Assembly (NCBI GenBank): GCA_044344255.1
Contig: JBIJDH010000003.1
Location: 256,001 to 320,000 of the forward strand
DNA: 64,000 bases
Source: Myxococcota bacterium
GTDB lineage: Bacteria; Myxococcota_A; UBA796; UBA2385
Direction of reading: 5' to 3'
In this document: positions 9,299-18,525 of the stretch, piece after piece
Position numbering within the stretch: the stretch's first letter is position 1
Layout: every line of letters begins with the position of its first letter
Translations under genes and position numbers: made by a program
The notes under the pieces: model-generated
The model's input: the letters and a program-made list of their open reading frames with translations, nothing else
What the model was told of the DNA's origin: nothing
The model's database searches: none

Positions 9299-9431
9299 GC
9301 CGTTCTTCTCGGGGCCGGAGTCGCGGTTCGTCGGACTTGTAACCGGCCGCGGGGCCACGCCGCGCCCTCCCGGCGGGGCGCTCCGGTTAGACTGCGCCGA
9401 ACGGTCAGGCGGGCGGGGAGAGGTGGAGCGC

Positions 9432-12242
9432 ATGGAGAGCATCGGCGGGCTGGTCGCGACGGGCCGAAAGTTACGGGGGCCGGGCTCCGATCTGGTCGAG
9501 CTCGACTCTCCGAAGGGCCTCAAGCACACCGCGGTCCAGTTTCATCCGGAGTACCGGTCGCACAACGCGATCAACGACGCCCTGTCCGTGGTGCGCGGCT
9601 TCCTCGAGTCGCCGATGGTCACGGGCCTCGTGGAGCTGGTCCGGGACGACCCGAACGAGGGCGCCTTCATCTACCCGACCGGCCAGGTTTGGAGCGTGGC
9701 CGAGGTGATCCGCACGATGGCGGACCTCGGGGAGCCCGCCGGGGTGCGCGCCGGCCTGGAGCTGATGTTCGCAGCGGGGCGTATCCTCGTGGAAGCGGCG
9801 GACACCGGGGCGAATCAAGGGGTGTACTCCCACGGGGGCCTCACCCCCTGGCGCTGCATGCTGCGGCGGAACGGGGAGGTGCTGATCATCGGTCACGCGC
9901 TCCCACAAGTGGAGATCCTGCTCTTTCACGAAGATCCGAGCCGGATCCCGCGGGAGGACTCCTTTCGTTACTGCCCCCCCGAGCGCATGGAGTCGGCCGC
10001 CGAGGATGTCTCGAGCGACCTCTTCGGCCTCACGCTCGTCGCCTTCGAGCTCATGACCGGCAAGCCGGTCTATGACGGGCTCGTCAACGACATCCGCCAG
10101 CAGGCGGCGCGGGGGGAGGGCTCGCGGCGCCTGTACCGCTTCCGGGAGATCCTGCCGCAGCGGGTCCGCGACCTGCTCTCGACCGCGATGAAGCCGGCCA
10201 CTTCAGACCGCTTCTCGAGCGGCGAGGAGTTCCTCACCGAGGTGCGCGCGGTGCTCTCGAGCGCGGACGCGACGGGCCCTTCGCTGATCGACCTGATGGC
10301 CCACATCGGCCAGCAGAACGTGCGCACGGGCACCGCGGTGGAGGCCAGCAAGACCACGATGACCTCCCGGGAGGAGCTCCAGCGCCTCGTCGGGGCGGAG
10401 GACGACGAGGTCGCCGAGGCCTCGGGGCGGGGCGCGCGCGAGGCGTGGAGCCCTGCGCCGGCGCGAGGGGGAGATCAACCCCAGCGTCGCAGCCCCCGCA
10501 GGGCCGGCGAGAGCGGCGACGGGCCCGCGGCGCCGGTCGCCGCGCCGCCGGCCGCCGCACCGCCGCCCGCCGCACCGCCGCCGGATCTGAGAGCCCTCAC
10601 GGAGTCCCAGTCCCGCTGGTCGAAGCCGAACCGCGGCAACGAGGCACCGGCTCGCGCGCCGGAGCCGCCTCCGCGAGCCCCGGAGCCGGCCGGGCCGCGC
10701 CCCGCAGCGCCGCCCCGCACCCCGGAGCCGCCACCCCGGATGACCGAGCCGCCGCGAGCCCAGGAGCCGCCTCGCATCCCGGAGGCGCCGCGGGCTGTGG
10801 AGCCGCCGCGGACCTTCGAGCCAGCGCACTCGATCGGCGGCGGCCCCCGTGCGGGTCGGCTCCCCCCCCGAGCGCGGCCCGAAGGGGAGCCGGAGCCCGT
10901 TCGACGCGGTGGGGTGGATATCGCCGAGCTCTTGAGCCGGGTGAATCAGGGGGCCGCCGCTCTGGTGGCGCCGGTCGCCCCGGCGCGCCCCCCGCCGGAT
11001 CCGGCGATCGACGCCGCGCGGCCCGAGGGCCCCGCGCGTCGTGTTCCCCTGCGGGAGCGGCTGAACCAGAGCGCCTCGCTCCCGCCGCCCGTGTCCGCCG
11101 CGCCGCCGCCGCCGCCGCCTTCGCCTTCTCCGCCGTCTCCCACGGTCCAGACCTCCCCCGCATCGGCGGTCGCCCCGACCTCGTCGATGACCGCAGGGCC
11201 GGGCCTCACGGAGGCGGGGCGGCCACGCTTCCAGTCCGGCCGTGCCCGGGTCCCGGAGCCGACTGCGCCAGCGGGGGCGTCTCCCTCGGAGGTGCCGCCC
11301 GCAGACGCGCCGCCCGTAGACGCGGCGCCGGTGGTCTCGCCGCCTGCGGTCTCGGCGCCGGTGGTCGCGCCGGTGCTTCAGCCGCCCGAACCGGTCCCCC
11401 TCGCAGTGCAGCCGGCCCCGGCCATCCCGCCGGCCTCCTTCGCCGCGCAGGGCATCTCTCCGGTGATCGTGCCGCCGGCGCCGGTGAGCGCGCCCCCCGC
11501 GGCGCCCTTCGTCGCCGGCCTGCCGGTGAGCGCCGGCCCGCCGGCGGAGCTCCCTCTCCCCGTGGCGCCCCCTTTGCCCGCGCCGCCCCCTCCGGTGGTC
11601 GCGCCGCCGACTCCACCGAGCCCTGCGCCGGCCGCTCCGCCGTCGGAGTCGCCTGGAGCGGCGGCGAGCGGCGCCTCCGCGGTGCACGTGATGGCGGCGG
11701 CCTCGGTGAGCGGCTCGGGTGTGGCCGGCGCGGCCCGAGCGGCGCCGGCGGGGAGCGGTGCGTTCACCGTTCGCCGCGCCGACGGTCGTGTCGCTCGGAG
11801 CCGCCTACCCTCAGCGGCGAGCTCGGCCGAGGGGGTCTCGATGCTGGTCGGCACGGTCTTCCCCGTCCGCCTCGACCTCGCCGGTCGCCTCGCGGGTTGG
11901 TACCGCATGGAGCAAGGAGGGGTGCAGATCCCCGCCGACCGACGCATGTTCGAGCTCGATCCGGAGAGGGAGATCACCTTTCGGTTTGTGCCAAATGACA
12001 CGATCATCGCCGAGATCGAGGTGCGGGGAGCCGACCTGCCCCACCGCTTCAAGGCGCCGGTGGGCACGGCGGTGCTCGTCACCTCGATGGTCGACCACCT
12101 CATCACGTGGCTCGAGCTCGGCCCGGGGGAGTGGGGCCTCCTCCTCAACGGGCGCTCCCTCGAGCCCCACGGCATCCTCCAGGACGCGCTCGAGCCGGGC
12201 GCCCCCGTCCGCCTGTTGCTGAGCCGGGTGAACGCCCGATGA
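9432..12242 (+). CDS. Ser/Thr pseudokinase + long Pro-rich linker + two C-terminal ubiquitin-like domains
   Basis: ATG at 9432 after GGAGG/GGAG. Kinase C-lobe 'FRYCPPER...DVSSDLFGL..VAFELMTGKPVY' is kept, but HRD reads HGG, DFG reads GHA and VAIK reads TAVQ. C-terminus 'EWGLLLNGRSLEPHGILQD...VRLLL' is ubiquitin-like. Confidence 0.7.
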   Translation: MESIGGLVATGRKLRGPGSDLVELDSPKGLKHTAVQFHPEYRSHNAINDALSVVRGFLESPMVTGLVELVRDDPNEGAFIYPTGQVWSVAEVIRTMADLGEPAGVRAGLELMFAAGRILVEAADTGANQGVYSHGGLTPWRCMLRRNGEVLIIGHALPQVEILLFHEDPSRIPREDSFRYCPPERMESAAEDVSSDLFGLTLVAFELMTGKPVYDGLVNDIRQQAARGEGSRRLYRFREILPQRVRDLLSTAMKPATSDRFSSGEEFLTEVRAVLSSADATGPSLIDLMAHIGQQNVRTGTAVEASKTTMTSREELQRLVGAEDDEVAEASGRGAREAWSPAPARGGDQPQRRSPRRAGESGDGPAAPVAAPPAAAPPPAAPPPDLRALTESQSRWSKPNRGNEAPARAPEPPPRAPEPAGPRPAAPPRTPEPPPRMTEPPRAQEPPRIPEAPRAVEPPRTFEPAHSIGGGPRAGRLPPRARPEGEPEPVRRGGVDIAELLSRVNQGAAALVAPVAPARPPPDPAIDAARPEGPARRVPLRERLNQSASLPPPVSAAPPPPPPSPSPPSPTVQTSPASAVAPTSSMTAGPGLTEAGRPRFQSGRARVPEPTAPAGASPSEVPPADAPPVDAAPVVSPPAVSAPVVAPVLQPPEPVPLAVQPAPAIPPASFAAQGISPVIVPPAPVSAPPAAPFVAGLPVSAGPPAELPLPVAPPLPAPPPPVVAPPTPPSPAPAAPPSESPGAAASGASAVHVMAAASVSGSGVAGAARAAPAGSGAFTVRRADGRVARSRLPSAASSAEGVSMLVGTVFPVRLDLAGRLAGWYRMEQGGVQIPADRRMFELDPEREITFRFVPNDTIIAEIEVRGADLPHRFKAPVGTAVLVTSMVDHLITWLELGPGEWGLLLNGRSLEPHGILQDALEPGAPVRLLLSRVNAR

Positions 12243-13876
12243 GCACGGTGGAACGGTGGGATGTCCTGCTCCGCTTCGTCGCGGGGCCGCTCTCCCTGCA
12301 GGGGGACATGGTGCTGCAGGGCCCCGTGGTCCGGATGGGGGCCAACCCTGGCCCCGGCGGCCTTAAGCTCGAGGGATACCGTGGCCTGGACGATCGACAG
12401 GCGGTGATCACGGCCTACGACGGGACCGCGGTCTCGATCGCGCCGGTGGGGGTCAATCAGGTCCGCGTCGCCCCGCACGAGAACCAGAACTGGGCGGAGA
12501 TCCAAGCGATCCGCGGCCCGGTTTACCTGAGCTCGGGGGACGCCTTCCACCTCGGCCCACCCGGTCGCGGGGTCACGGCGGTCTTCATCAAGGCGCAGCG
12601 CCTGGGTGTCTGGGAGCAGAATCGCATCCTCTCGGAGTCGGCCCAGGTCGATCCGGGCCTCCAGCCCTCGAACGTCAAGGAGCTCTCGAGCCGCCGGGGC
12701 ATCCCCATCTGGGTGATCCCCGCCTTCATCGTGACGAGCATGTTCACCGCGGTCGGGCTCGTGGCCGTGGTCGCCGTGCGCAACATCAACCTCGACCCTG
12801 ACCCCTTGGGCCCCGTGATCGAGGGGGAGGAGGTGCACAAGTTCGTCAACATCTCGTCGCAGAAGGTGGATCCGAGCCTCAAGGAGGGCCTGCGCGGCCC
12901 CTTCGAAGACTTCGTGATGAAGCCGAATGAGCAGGTCTCGGGCATCAAGGGCCTGGCCAAGGACGAGAAGCAGTGGGACCAGACCTTCTACCGCTATGTT
13001 GAGGCGGCGGTCTCCGCCCACGCGGCAGGATGGCGTTTCTGGAGCCGCCTGGAGGCCATCAAGGACCAGTACGCCTACGTGGTCACCGAGCTCCGAAAGG
13101 CCAAGCTGCCCGAGGTCTTCGCGGCCATCCCCTACCAGGAGTCCTCGTACCGCCCCGACGCCCGCTCACCCGTCTGTGCGGTGGGGTACTGGCAGTTCAT
13201 GCCAGAGGTCGCGTTTCGGGTGGGGATCCCGGTCAAGGACTGCCACATGTCGGGCAGCCAGGGCCTCTGGACCCCCACCGAGCCGGTGCCAGTGCGCGGC
13301 GTGCTCAAGAACGCGGTCTATGTCGAACAGGATCCGCTCCGCTGTCGCATCTCGCGCTGCGACGTCGATGAGCGGACGAACCTCGAGGTCTCCACCGCCG
13401 GCGCGATCGTCGCGCTGTCCGAGGCCTGGGAAGACGATCAGTTCCGGGCCTCCGGCTCGGCCGTTCAGATCACCATCCTCACGCACAACTCCGGCTACGA
13501 CAACGCGAAGTACTACGAAGACAAGCAGCCCAACATCATCAACATCAAGCCTGCTTACAACCGCTACCTGAAGGACAAGAAGGTCGAGCGGGCGGTGGAC
13601 TTCTACGGACAGAACATCACCTGTACCGGCACCGAGGCCGGGCAGATCATGGAGTCCAACAACCGTTGTGGCGGCGTGATCGCCAACCAATCCCAACATT
13701 ATGCGTACTCGATCGTCGCTCAGCACATCCTCGCCGTCTGTTACTATGCGAAGAATCACGGCGATATGTCAGCCTTCAAGCAGTGGAACCGGGACTATGT
13801 CATCGGTGACGGCTACTGTGACAAGCTGAAGGGTGTGCCGAGCCTGGACGAGATCAAGGCGCGCGGGGGCTCCTGA
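12239..13876 (+). CDS. FHA-like domain + TM + SLT-family lytic transglycosylase (MltD-like)
   Basis: ATGA overlap with the pseudokinase gene; FHA-like 'LRFVAGP...VRMGA...VYLSSGDAFHLG'; one TM; SLT motifs 'AAIPYQESSYRPDARSPVCAVGYWQFMP' and 'DERTNLEVSTAGA'. Confidence 0.8.
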   Translation: MSTVERWDVLLRFVAGPLSLQGDMVLQGPVVRMGANPGPGGLKLEGYRGLDDRQAVITAYDGTAVSIAPVGVNQVRVAPHENQNWAEIQAIRGPVYLSSGDAFHLGPPGRGVTAVFIKAQRLGVWEQNRILSESAQVDPGLQPSNVKELSSRRGIPIWVIPAFIVTSMFTAVGLVAVVAVRNINLDPDPLGPVIEGEEVHKFVNISSQKVDPSLKEGLRGPFEDFVMKPNEQVSGIKGLAKDEKQWDQTFYRYVEAAVSAHAAGWRFWSRLEAIKDQYAYVVTELRKAKLPEVFAAIPYQESSYRPDARSPVCAVGYWQFMPEVAFRVGIPVKDCHMSGSQGLWTPTEPVPVRGVLKNAVYVEQDPLRCRISRCDVDERTNLEVSTAGAIVALSEAWEDDQFRASGSAVQITILTHNSGYDNAKYYEDKQPNIINIKPAYNRYLKDKKVERAVDFYGQNITCTGTEAGQIMESNNRCGGVIANQSQHYAYSIVAQHILAVCYYAKNHGDMSAFKQWNRDYVIGDGYCDKLKGVPSLDEIKARGGS

Positions 13877-13881
13877 ACCAG

Positions 13882-14607
13882 ATGCGCACCATCATGTCCC
13901 TCGCCGTGCTCGTCATTGTGCTGCTCCTCACGAGCTACCTCGTGTATTTGGAGAACGCGCACAACAAGATCGCACCCACCGAGGCGAAGGTGCGCCACCT
14001 CGCCGAGAAGTCCGATCCTCAGTTCGACATGCTCTTTCTGTCCACCAAGCGAGAGGAGAACCTGACGCGGATGGGGCTCACCGGCGCGCTGCTCAAAGAC
14101 ACGCTCCGGCAGGCCCAGCGGAATGAAGACGAGCTCGCAGGGAAGCTGACCCGTCTCCTCAACGAGTCCGCCGAGCCCGACAAGCTGGTGGCCGACATCT
14201 GCGGCCGGACCAACGATCGTCGGCCCCGTTACGGCGCGATCGCCTGGCTGGTGGTCGACGAGAAGGGCGAACGACGGCCCATTGACCTCGCCCGGATCAC
14301 CAAGCTCGAACGTCAAGACTGGGCCGTGGGCTCGTCAGTCGATGAGATCTACAAGCACCTCGAGCTCGCCGACGGCCCCCATCCGGACGCGACCTTGATG
14401 GGCGTGGCGGGCATCCTGCTCAAGCAGGAGGAGAAGGTGCTCCAGGACTACAAGCCGTGGGGTTCGGGCCTCGTGATCGGTCAGTGGAGCTGGGAGGACG
14501 TCATCAAGACCTACCCCGGCATCGCCGCCTGGAGCCGCGACTACTTCGCCCTGATGCACGTCACCCTGGAGCTGGCCAACGCGGAGGAGGGGGTCTGTAA
14601 TGGCTGA
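13882..14607 (+). CDS. Hypothetical membrane-anchored protein
   Basis: N-terminal hydrophobic segment; 5 bp after the transglycosylase stop; natural composition. Confidence 0.6.
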   Translation: MRTIMSLAVLVIVLLLTSYLVYLENAHNKIAPTEAKVRHLAEKSDPQFDMLFLSTKREENLTRMGLTGALLKDTLRQAQRNEDELAGKLTRLLNESAEPDKLVADICGRTNDRRPRYGAIAWLVVDEKGERRPIDLARITKLERQDWAVGSSVDEIYKHLELADGPHPDATLMGVAGILLKQEEKVLQDYKPWGSGLVIGQWSWEDVIKTYPGIAAWSRDYFALMHVTLELANAEEGVCNG

Positions 14608-14834
14608 GGTCGCCGATCGGGCCCGCTCGTGGGGCCCTCGGTGAACCTCCAGCGCGGATCTGCCGAGGGCATTGGCCCGTCCTGCGCTGTGCGGGGTATA
14701 GTCCTGGGGGCGACGCGGCTGCGCTACACTCCGCTCCGTGGCCAACACCCGCACCATCTTTCCAAGATCCTGCCTTCAAGCCTCGCCTTCACGAGCCTTG
14801 CCCTTCTTAGCCCTGCACCCCGCTGCGACTGCTG

Positions 14835-17000
14835 ATGTCCGAGCCTAGACGGCGGTTTCGTTTCCTGAAGGAGCTCTCGGAGGGCGCCTTCGGGAAGGTG
14901 TACCTCGCCGAGATGATCACCGGCGACGCCTTCAAGAGCGTCGTGGCCATCAAGCTCCTCCACGGGAAGTGGGGTGGCCACGAGGAGATCGTGCGTCGGT
15001 CCCGCGATGAGGCGCGCGTGCTCGGCCTGCTCCACCACCGAAACATCATCCGGGTGGACGACCTCACCTCCCTCAATGGCCAATGCGCCATCGTGATGGA
15101 GTACCTCGACGGCGTCGACATCAAGAACCTGATCAACTACTCGCGGGAGCTGGGGGTCGGCTTCCCCCGAAAGGTCTCCTTCGAGATCGGCGCTCAGATC
15201 GCGGCCGCCCTCGACGCCGCCTACAACCACCGCCCGCTCGGCGGCGGTGACCCCCTGCAGGTCATCCACCGCGACATCAAGCCCTCCAACGTGATGATCA
15301 CGACGGCGGGTGAGGTGAAGGTGCTCGACTTCGGCACCGCCCAGGCCCGCTTCGACGAGCGAGAGGCCCACACGCAGGCCCTGGCCTTCGGCTCTGCCGC
15401 CTACATGGCCCCAGAGCGCTTGCTCGGGGATCCGGACGCCCCGAGCGGGGACGTCTTCTCGCTCGGCATCACCCTCTTCGAGATCATTGCCTTCGATCCC
15501 TTCGGGAAGATCCACATCCGCCCTGAGAAGTTCGACGCTCGCCTCGAACGCCGGTTGGGTGAGATCGACCTCTCGGACCTCAGCGAAGGCCAGGGCGAGC
15601 AGGTGAGGGGGCTGCTGCGGCAGTTCCTCGCCTACGAGGCCTCGGAGCGCCCGAACGCGAGCCAGTGTGTGGAGCTGCTCGAGTCTTTCGCCGATGAGCT
15701 CAGCGATGGGAACCTGCGTCGTTTTTGCCGGGAGGTCGTCAAGCCTTGCCGCGAGGCGATGGCGCCGGAGCAGGATCCGAACGACCCCCTCACCGGGAGC
15801 ACCCTCTTCGAGGACAGCTCCGGGCTCCGCAGCATGGAGGGGCCGTCGGCCACTTGGGTAGACGGCGGCGAGCCTCCTTCCGCTGAGGCTGGCGGCGTCA
15901 ACAGCGCGTCCCGCAGCGCATCCCGCGCGATTCGCGCGCCCGGGGAGGGCGTGAGCCCGCGGCCCACGCCGGCGCCCCCGGTTGACTCCACCGTCGAGCT
16001 GCCGAAGGTGCAGCATTCGCCATCGGCGGACTCGGCGCCCCGCCTCGATCCGCGGGTCATGGTCTCCGGCTCCCGCCCCGCCGGCCGACCGCAGGTGGTG
16101 AGCCCGACCATCATCCCGCCGCCGCCGGAGGCCGACGCCAACTTCTTCGCGGCGCCGACGATGCTCGGCTTCACGGGCGACGAAGATCCGAGCGAGGGCA
16201 TCGAGATCCGCCCGATCGCCTCGGGGCCCTCCGCCTCGTCTGCTGTCCCATCCGAGCCGCGGCGCGCCCCCACGCCGCCTCCGCCGCTCGACCGGGGCAC
16301 CCCGGCGGACCCCTCCGCTGAGCCGGACACGGGCCGAGTGGCCGCCGTCGCCCCCTCCAGCCACGTCGCCAACCAGCCGCTCCCCCAGCCCACCCTCAGG
16401 CCGGTCCCCTTGTCCGGTCCGGTGGTCAACCAGGCGCCGGTCCGCCCCACGGCGCCCATTCCCCAACGACCGGCGGCCGTGCGGCCCGAGGTCGCCCGCC
16501 CCGATCCCCGAAATGCTGATGCTCCGCCTCGCTCTGGCGGTGGCTTCATCAAGCTGCTCGTGGCCGCCCTCGCCCTGCTGCTGGTGGTGGGCGCTGGCGG
16601 GGCGGTCGTCGTGCTCTCCGGCGTGCTCACGCGGGACGGCTCCTCTCTGCCCGATGGAGAGGGTGTGCCGGGCGACGCCTCGAAGGGTGGTCGAAAGGTG
16701 GAGATCGCCACGCTCGGCCCCTCAGTCGGCGTCGCCACCCTGGTCATCCTGCCGCCGGGCAAGGCGGAGGTGGATGTCCGGGCCATGGGCGGCTCGATGA
16801 AAGAAGAGTGGGACGGCTCTGGACGGCTGGAGCTGCTCGGCCTCGAGCCGGGCACCTATCAGACCAAGATCGCCCCCCACTCGGGCTCCAGCCGCCGCGC
16901 GACCTTCGATGTAAAGGGCGGTGAGACCTGCACCTACACCTTCGACACCCGGAAGGACGGTGAGGAATGGGAGAAGTCCGGTTGCGCGCCCCTGCCTTGA
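14835..17000 (+). CDS. Hanks-type Ser/Thr protein kinase with Pro-rich linker, TM and PEGA-like extracytoplasmic domain
   Basis: Intact motifs 'EGAFGKVY', 'VAIK', 'HRDIKPSN', 'DFG', 'YMAPE', 'DVFSLG'; TM 'LLVAALALLLVVGAGG'. Confidence 0.93.
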   Translation: MSEPRRRFRFLKELSEGAFGKVYLAEMITGDAFKSVVAIKLLHGKWGGHEEIVRRSRDEARVLGLLHHRNIIRVDDLTSLNGQCAIVMEYLDGVDIKNLINYSRELGVGFPRKVSFEIGAQIAAALDAAYNHRPLGGGDPLQVIHRDIKPSNVMITTAGEVKVLDFGTAQARFDEREAHTQALAFGSAAYMAPERLLGDPDAPSGDVFSLGITLFEIIAFDPFGKIHIRPEKFDARLERRLGEIDLSDLSEGQGEQVRGLLRQFLAYEASERPNASQCVELLESFADELSDGNLRRFCREVVKPCREAMAPEQDPNDPLTGSTLFEDSSGLRSMEGPSATWVDGGEPPSAEAGGVNSASRSASRAIRAPGEGVSPRPTPAPPVDSTVELPKVQHSPSADSAPRLDPRVMVSGSRPAGRPQVVSPTIIPPPPEADANFFAAPTMLGFTGDEDPSEGIEIRPIASGPSASSAVPSEPRRAPTPPPPLDRGTPADPSAEPDTGRVAAVAPSSHVANQPLPQPTLRPVPLSGPVVNQAPVRPTAPIPQRPAAVRPEVARPDPRNADAPPRSGGGFIKLLVAALALLLVVGAGGAVVVLSGVLTRDGSSLPDGEGVPGDASKGGRKVEIATLGPSVGVATLVILPPGKAEVDVRAMGGSMKEEWDGSGRLELLGLEPGTYQTKIAPHSGSSRRATFDVKGGETCTYTFDTRKDGEEWEKSGCAPLP

Positions 17001-18463
17001 GGGTGCTTCGCGGTCTCCTGCTCGGCGTGGGGCTGCTCCTCTCGGGGCTGGCCTCTGCCTCGTCCTTCGACGATCAGGTCGGGGCGGCGCGGGCGGCGAT
17101 CGCCAAGAAGGACACGAAGGCTGCAGACAAGGCCCTCGATCTCGCGGAGGCGGCGGCGCCGGACTCCACGACGCTGCTCGGCCCGCGCAGCCTCGCGCAG
17201 TTTTGGTACTACCGGGGCCTCGTCGCTCAGCTCGGGAAGCAGAAGAGCAGCGTGGTGATGGACGCTTGGCGTCAGGCCTTGCTCGTGGACAACACGCTCC
17301 CTTGGGAGCAGGGCCTCATCCCGAACGAGGATGATCCGTGGAGCCTCTTCGAGGCGCTGCGGGCGGAGGTCCGAGGGCGACCGACCGTCAAGGTGGGTGT
17401 CCCGGAGAAGACGGGGAGGACGAAGATCTACATCGACGGTGTGCGTCGGGTCGCGGGCGATGAGGTGCTCTCGGGCACCCACCTCGGCCAGGTGATCTGC
17501 GATGACGGCTCGTTTCACGGCGTCTGGACCGACCTCGGCAAGGAGGTCAAGTGGTTCAAGCTCTGCCCCGGCGGGGTGGACACGACGGTGGTGGTCGCCG
17601 AGTCCGCTGGCTCCGACGACTGGGATGAGATGGGGCCGGCCTTCGGCGAGGATGGCGCGGACGTCGGCGGAGCCGAGGTCGCCGCCGTCGTGCCGCCCGT
17701 CGAGAAGAAGGTCGCTGAGAAGCCGCCCGTCGAGAAGAAGGTCGCTGAGAAGCCGCCCGTCGAGAAGAGGGTCGCTGAGAAGCCGCCCGTCGAGAAGAAG
17801 GTCGCTGAGAAGCCGCCCGTCGAGAAGAAGGTCGCTGTGGTGCCGCCGGTCGAGGACAAGGCCGCCTCGGAGGGCCATCCGGCGACCAAGGGCGCGACCA
17901 AGAAGGGCACCGCCGGTCCGGGCACCGTCGAGGCGGGAGCAGCCAGCTCGTCGGGGGGGGAGAAGTCGGTCGCCGCGAAGGCCGCTGGCGAGAAGAAGTC
18001 CAGCGGCAAGGGCGGCAAGGGCGGCAAGGGTGGCAAGGGTGGCAAGGGTGGTAAGGGCGGCAAGGGTGGAGGTGCCAAGAGCGGAGCGGGTGAGGGGAAG
18101 GGCGCGACCGCCGCGAAGGACCCGAAGGACAAGGGCGGCTGGAGCCCGGTGGCCACCGGGCTGGTGGCCGGGGGCGGCGGCCTCCTGCTGACGGGGACCG
18201 CCCTCAATTTCGCCTGGGTGAACCCTGCCTGGGCCGAGCTTGACGCCGCCCGCTCCGATCCAGGTACGGTCACGTCCGCCGAAGCCGACGCCCTCTCGCA
18301 GACCTTCAACACCCGTCGGATGGTCACGCTGGGCGTGGGCGGCGCCGGGGCGGCGATCGCGCTCGGCGGCGTGCTGGTCGTAGCCATCGACGTCGAGCGC
18401 TCCCCCTGGATGCTCCGACCCTTGGTCGGGCCGGCCTCATTCGGCATCGCGGGCCGCTTCTGA
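16997..18463 (+). CDS. Hypothetical exported protein with low-complexity repeats and C-terminal hydrophobic segments
   Basis: Signal peptide (LLLGVGLLLSGLASA-SS); KPPVEKKVAE and GGK repeats; myxobacterial-style C-terminus ending 'FGIAGRF'. Start uncertain (TTG 16997 overlaps the kinase stop). Confidence 0.6.
   Translation: MRVLRGLLLGVGLLLSGLASASSFDDQVGAARAAIAKKDTKAADKALDLAEAAAPDSTTLLGPRSLAQFWYYRGLVAQLGKQKSSVVMDAWRQALLVDNTLPWEQGLIPNEDDPWSLFEALRAEVRGRPTVKVGVPEKTGRTKIYIDGVRRVAGDEVLSGTHLGQVICDDGSFHGVWTDLGKEVKWFKLCPGGVDTTVVVAESAGSDDWDEMGPAFGEDGADVGGAEVAAVVPPVEKKVAEKPPVEKKVAEKPPVEKRVAEKPPVEKKVAEKPPVEKKVAVVPPVEDKAASEGHPATKGATKKGTAGPGTVEAGAASSSGGEKSVAAKAAGEKKSSGKGGKGGKGGKGGKGGKGGKGGGAKSGAGEGKGATAAKDPKDKGGWSPVATGLVAGGGGLLLTGTALNFAWVNPAWAELDAARSDPGTVTSAEADALSQTFNTRRMVTLGVGGAGAAIALGGVLVVAIDVERSPWMLRPLVGPASFGIAGRF
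17692..17837 (+). repeat. In-frame 30-bp tandem repeat, about 5 copies (KPPVEKKVAE)
   Basis: gccgcccgtcgagaagaaggtcgctgagaa repeated head to tail, nearly identical copies. Confidence 0.95.
18005..18067 (+). repeat. In-frame 9-bp tandem repeat, about 7 copies (Gly-Lys-Gly)
   Basis: ggcaagggy units repeated. Confidence 0.9.
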
Positions 18464-18525
18464 GCGCGCACGCGCAGGGATCGGCGGGGCGGCTCCAGGA
18501 GCAGGCGGATCGGGCCGCGCGGCTC

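Noticed and set aside
2741..12242. A complete bacterial ubiquitin conjugation system
   Set aside because: No E1, E2 or JAB genes in the window and the Ubl-like domains lack a free C-terminal GG; kept only as a scaffold/adaptor hypothesis.
17692..17837. 30-bp repeats as a possible CRISPR array
   Set aside because: Head-to-tail with no unique spacers, in frame within a CDS, and no cas genes.
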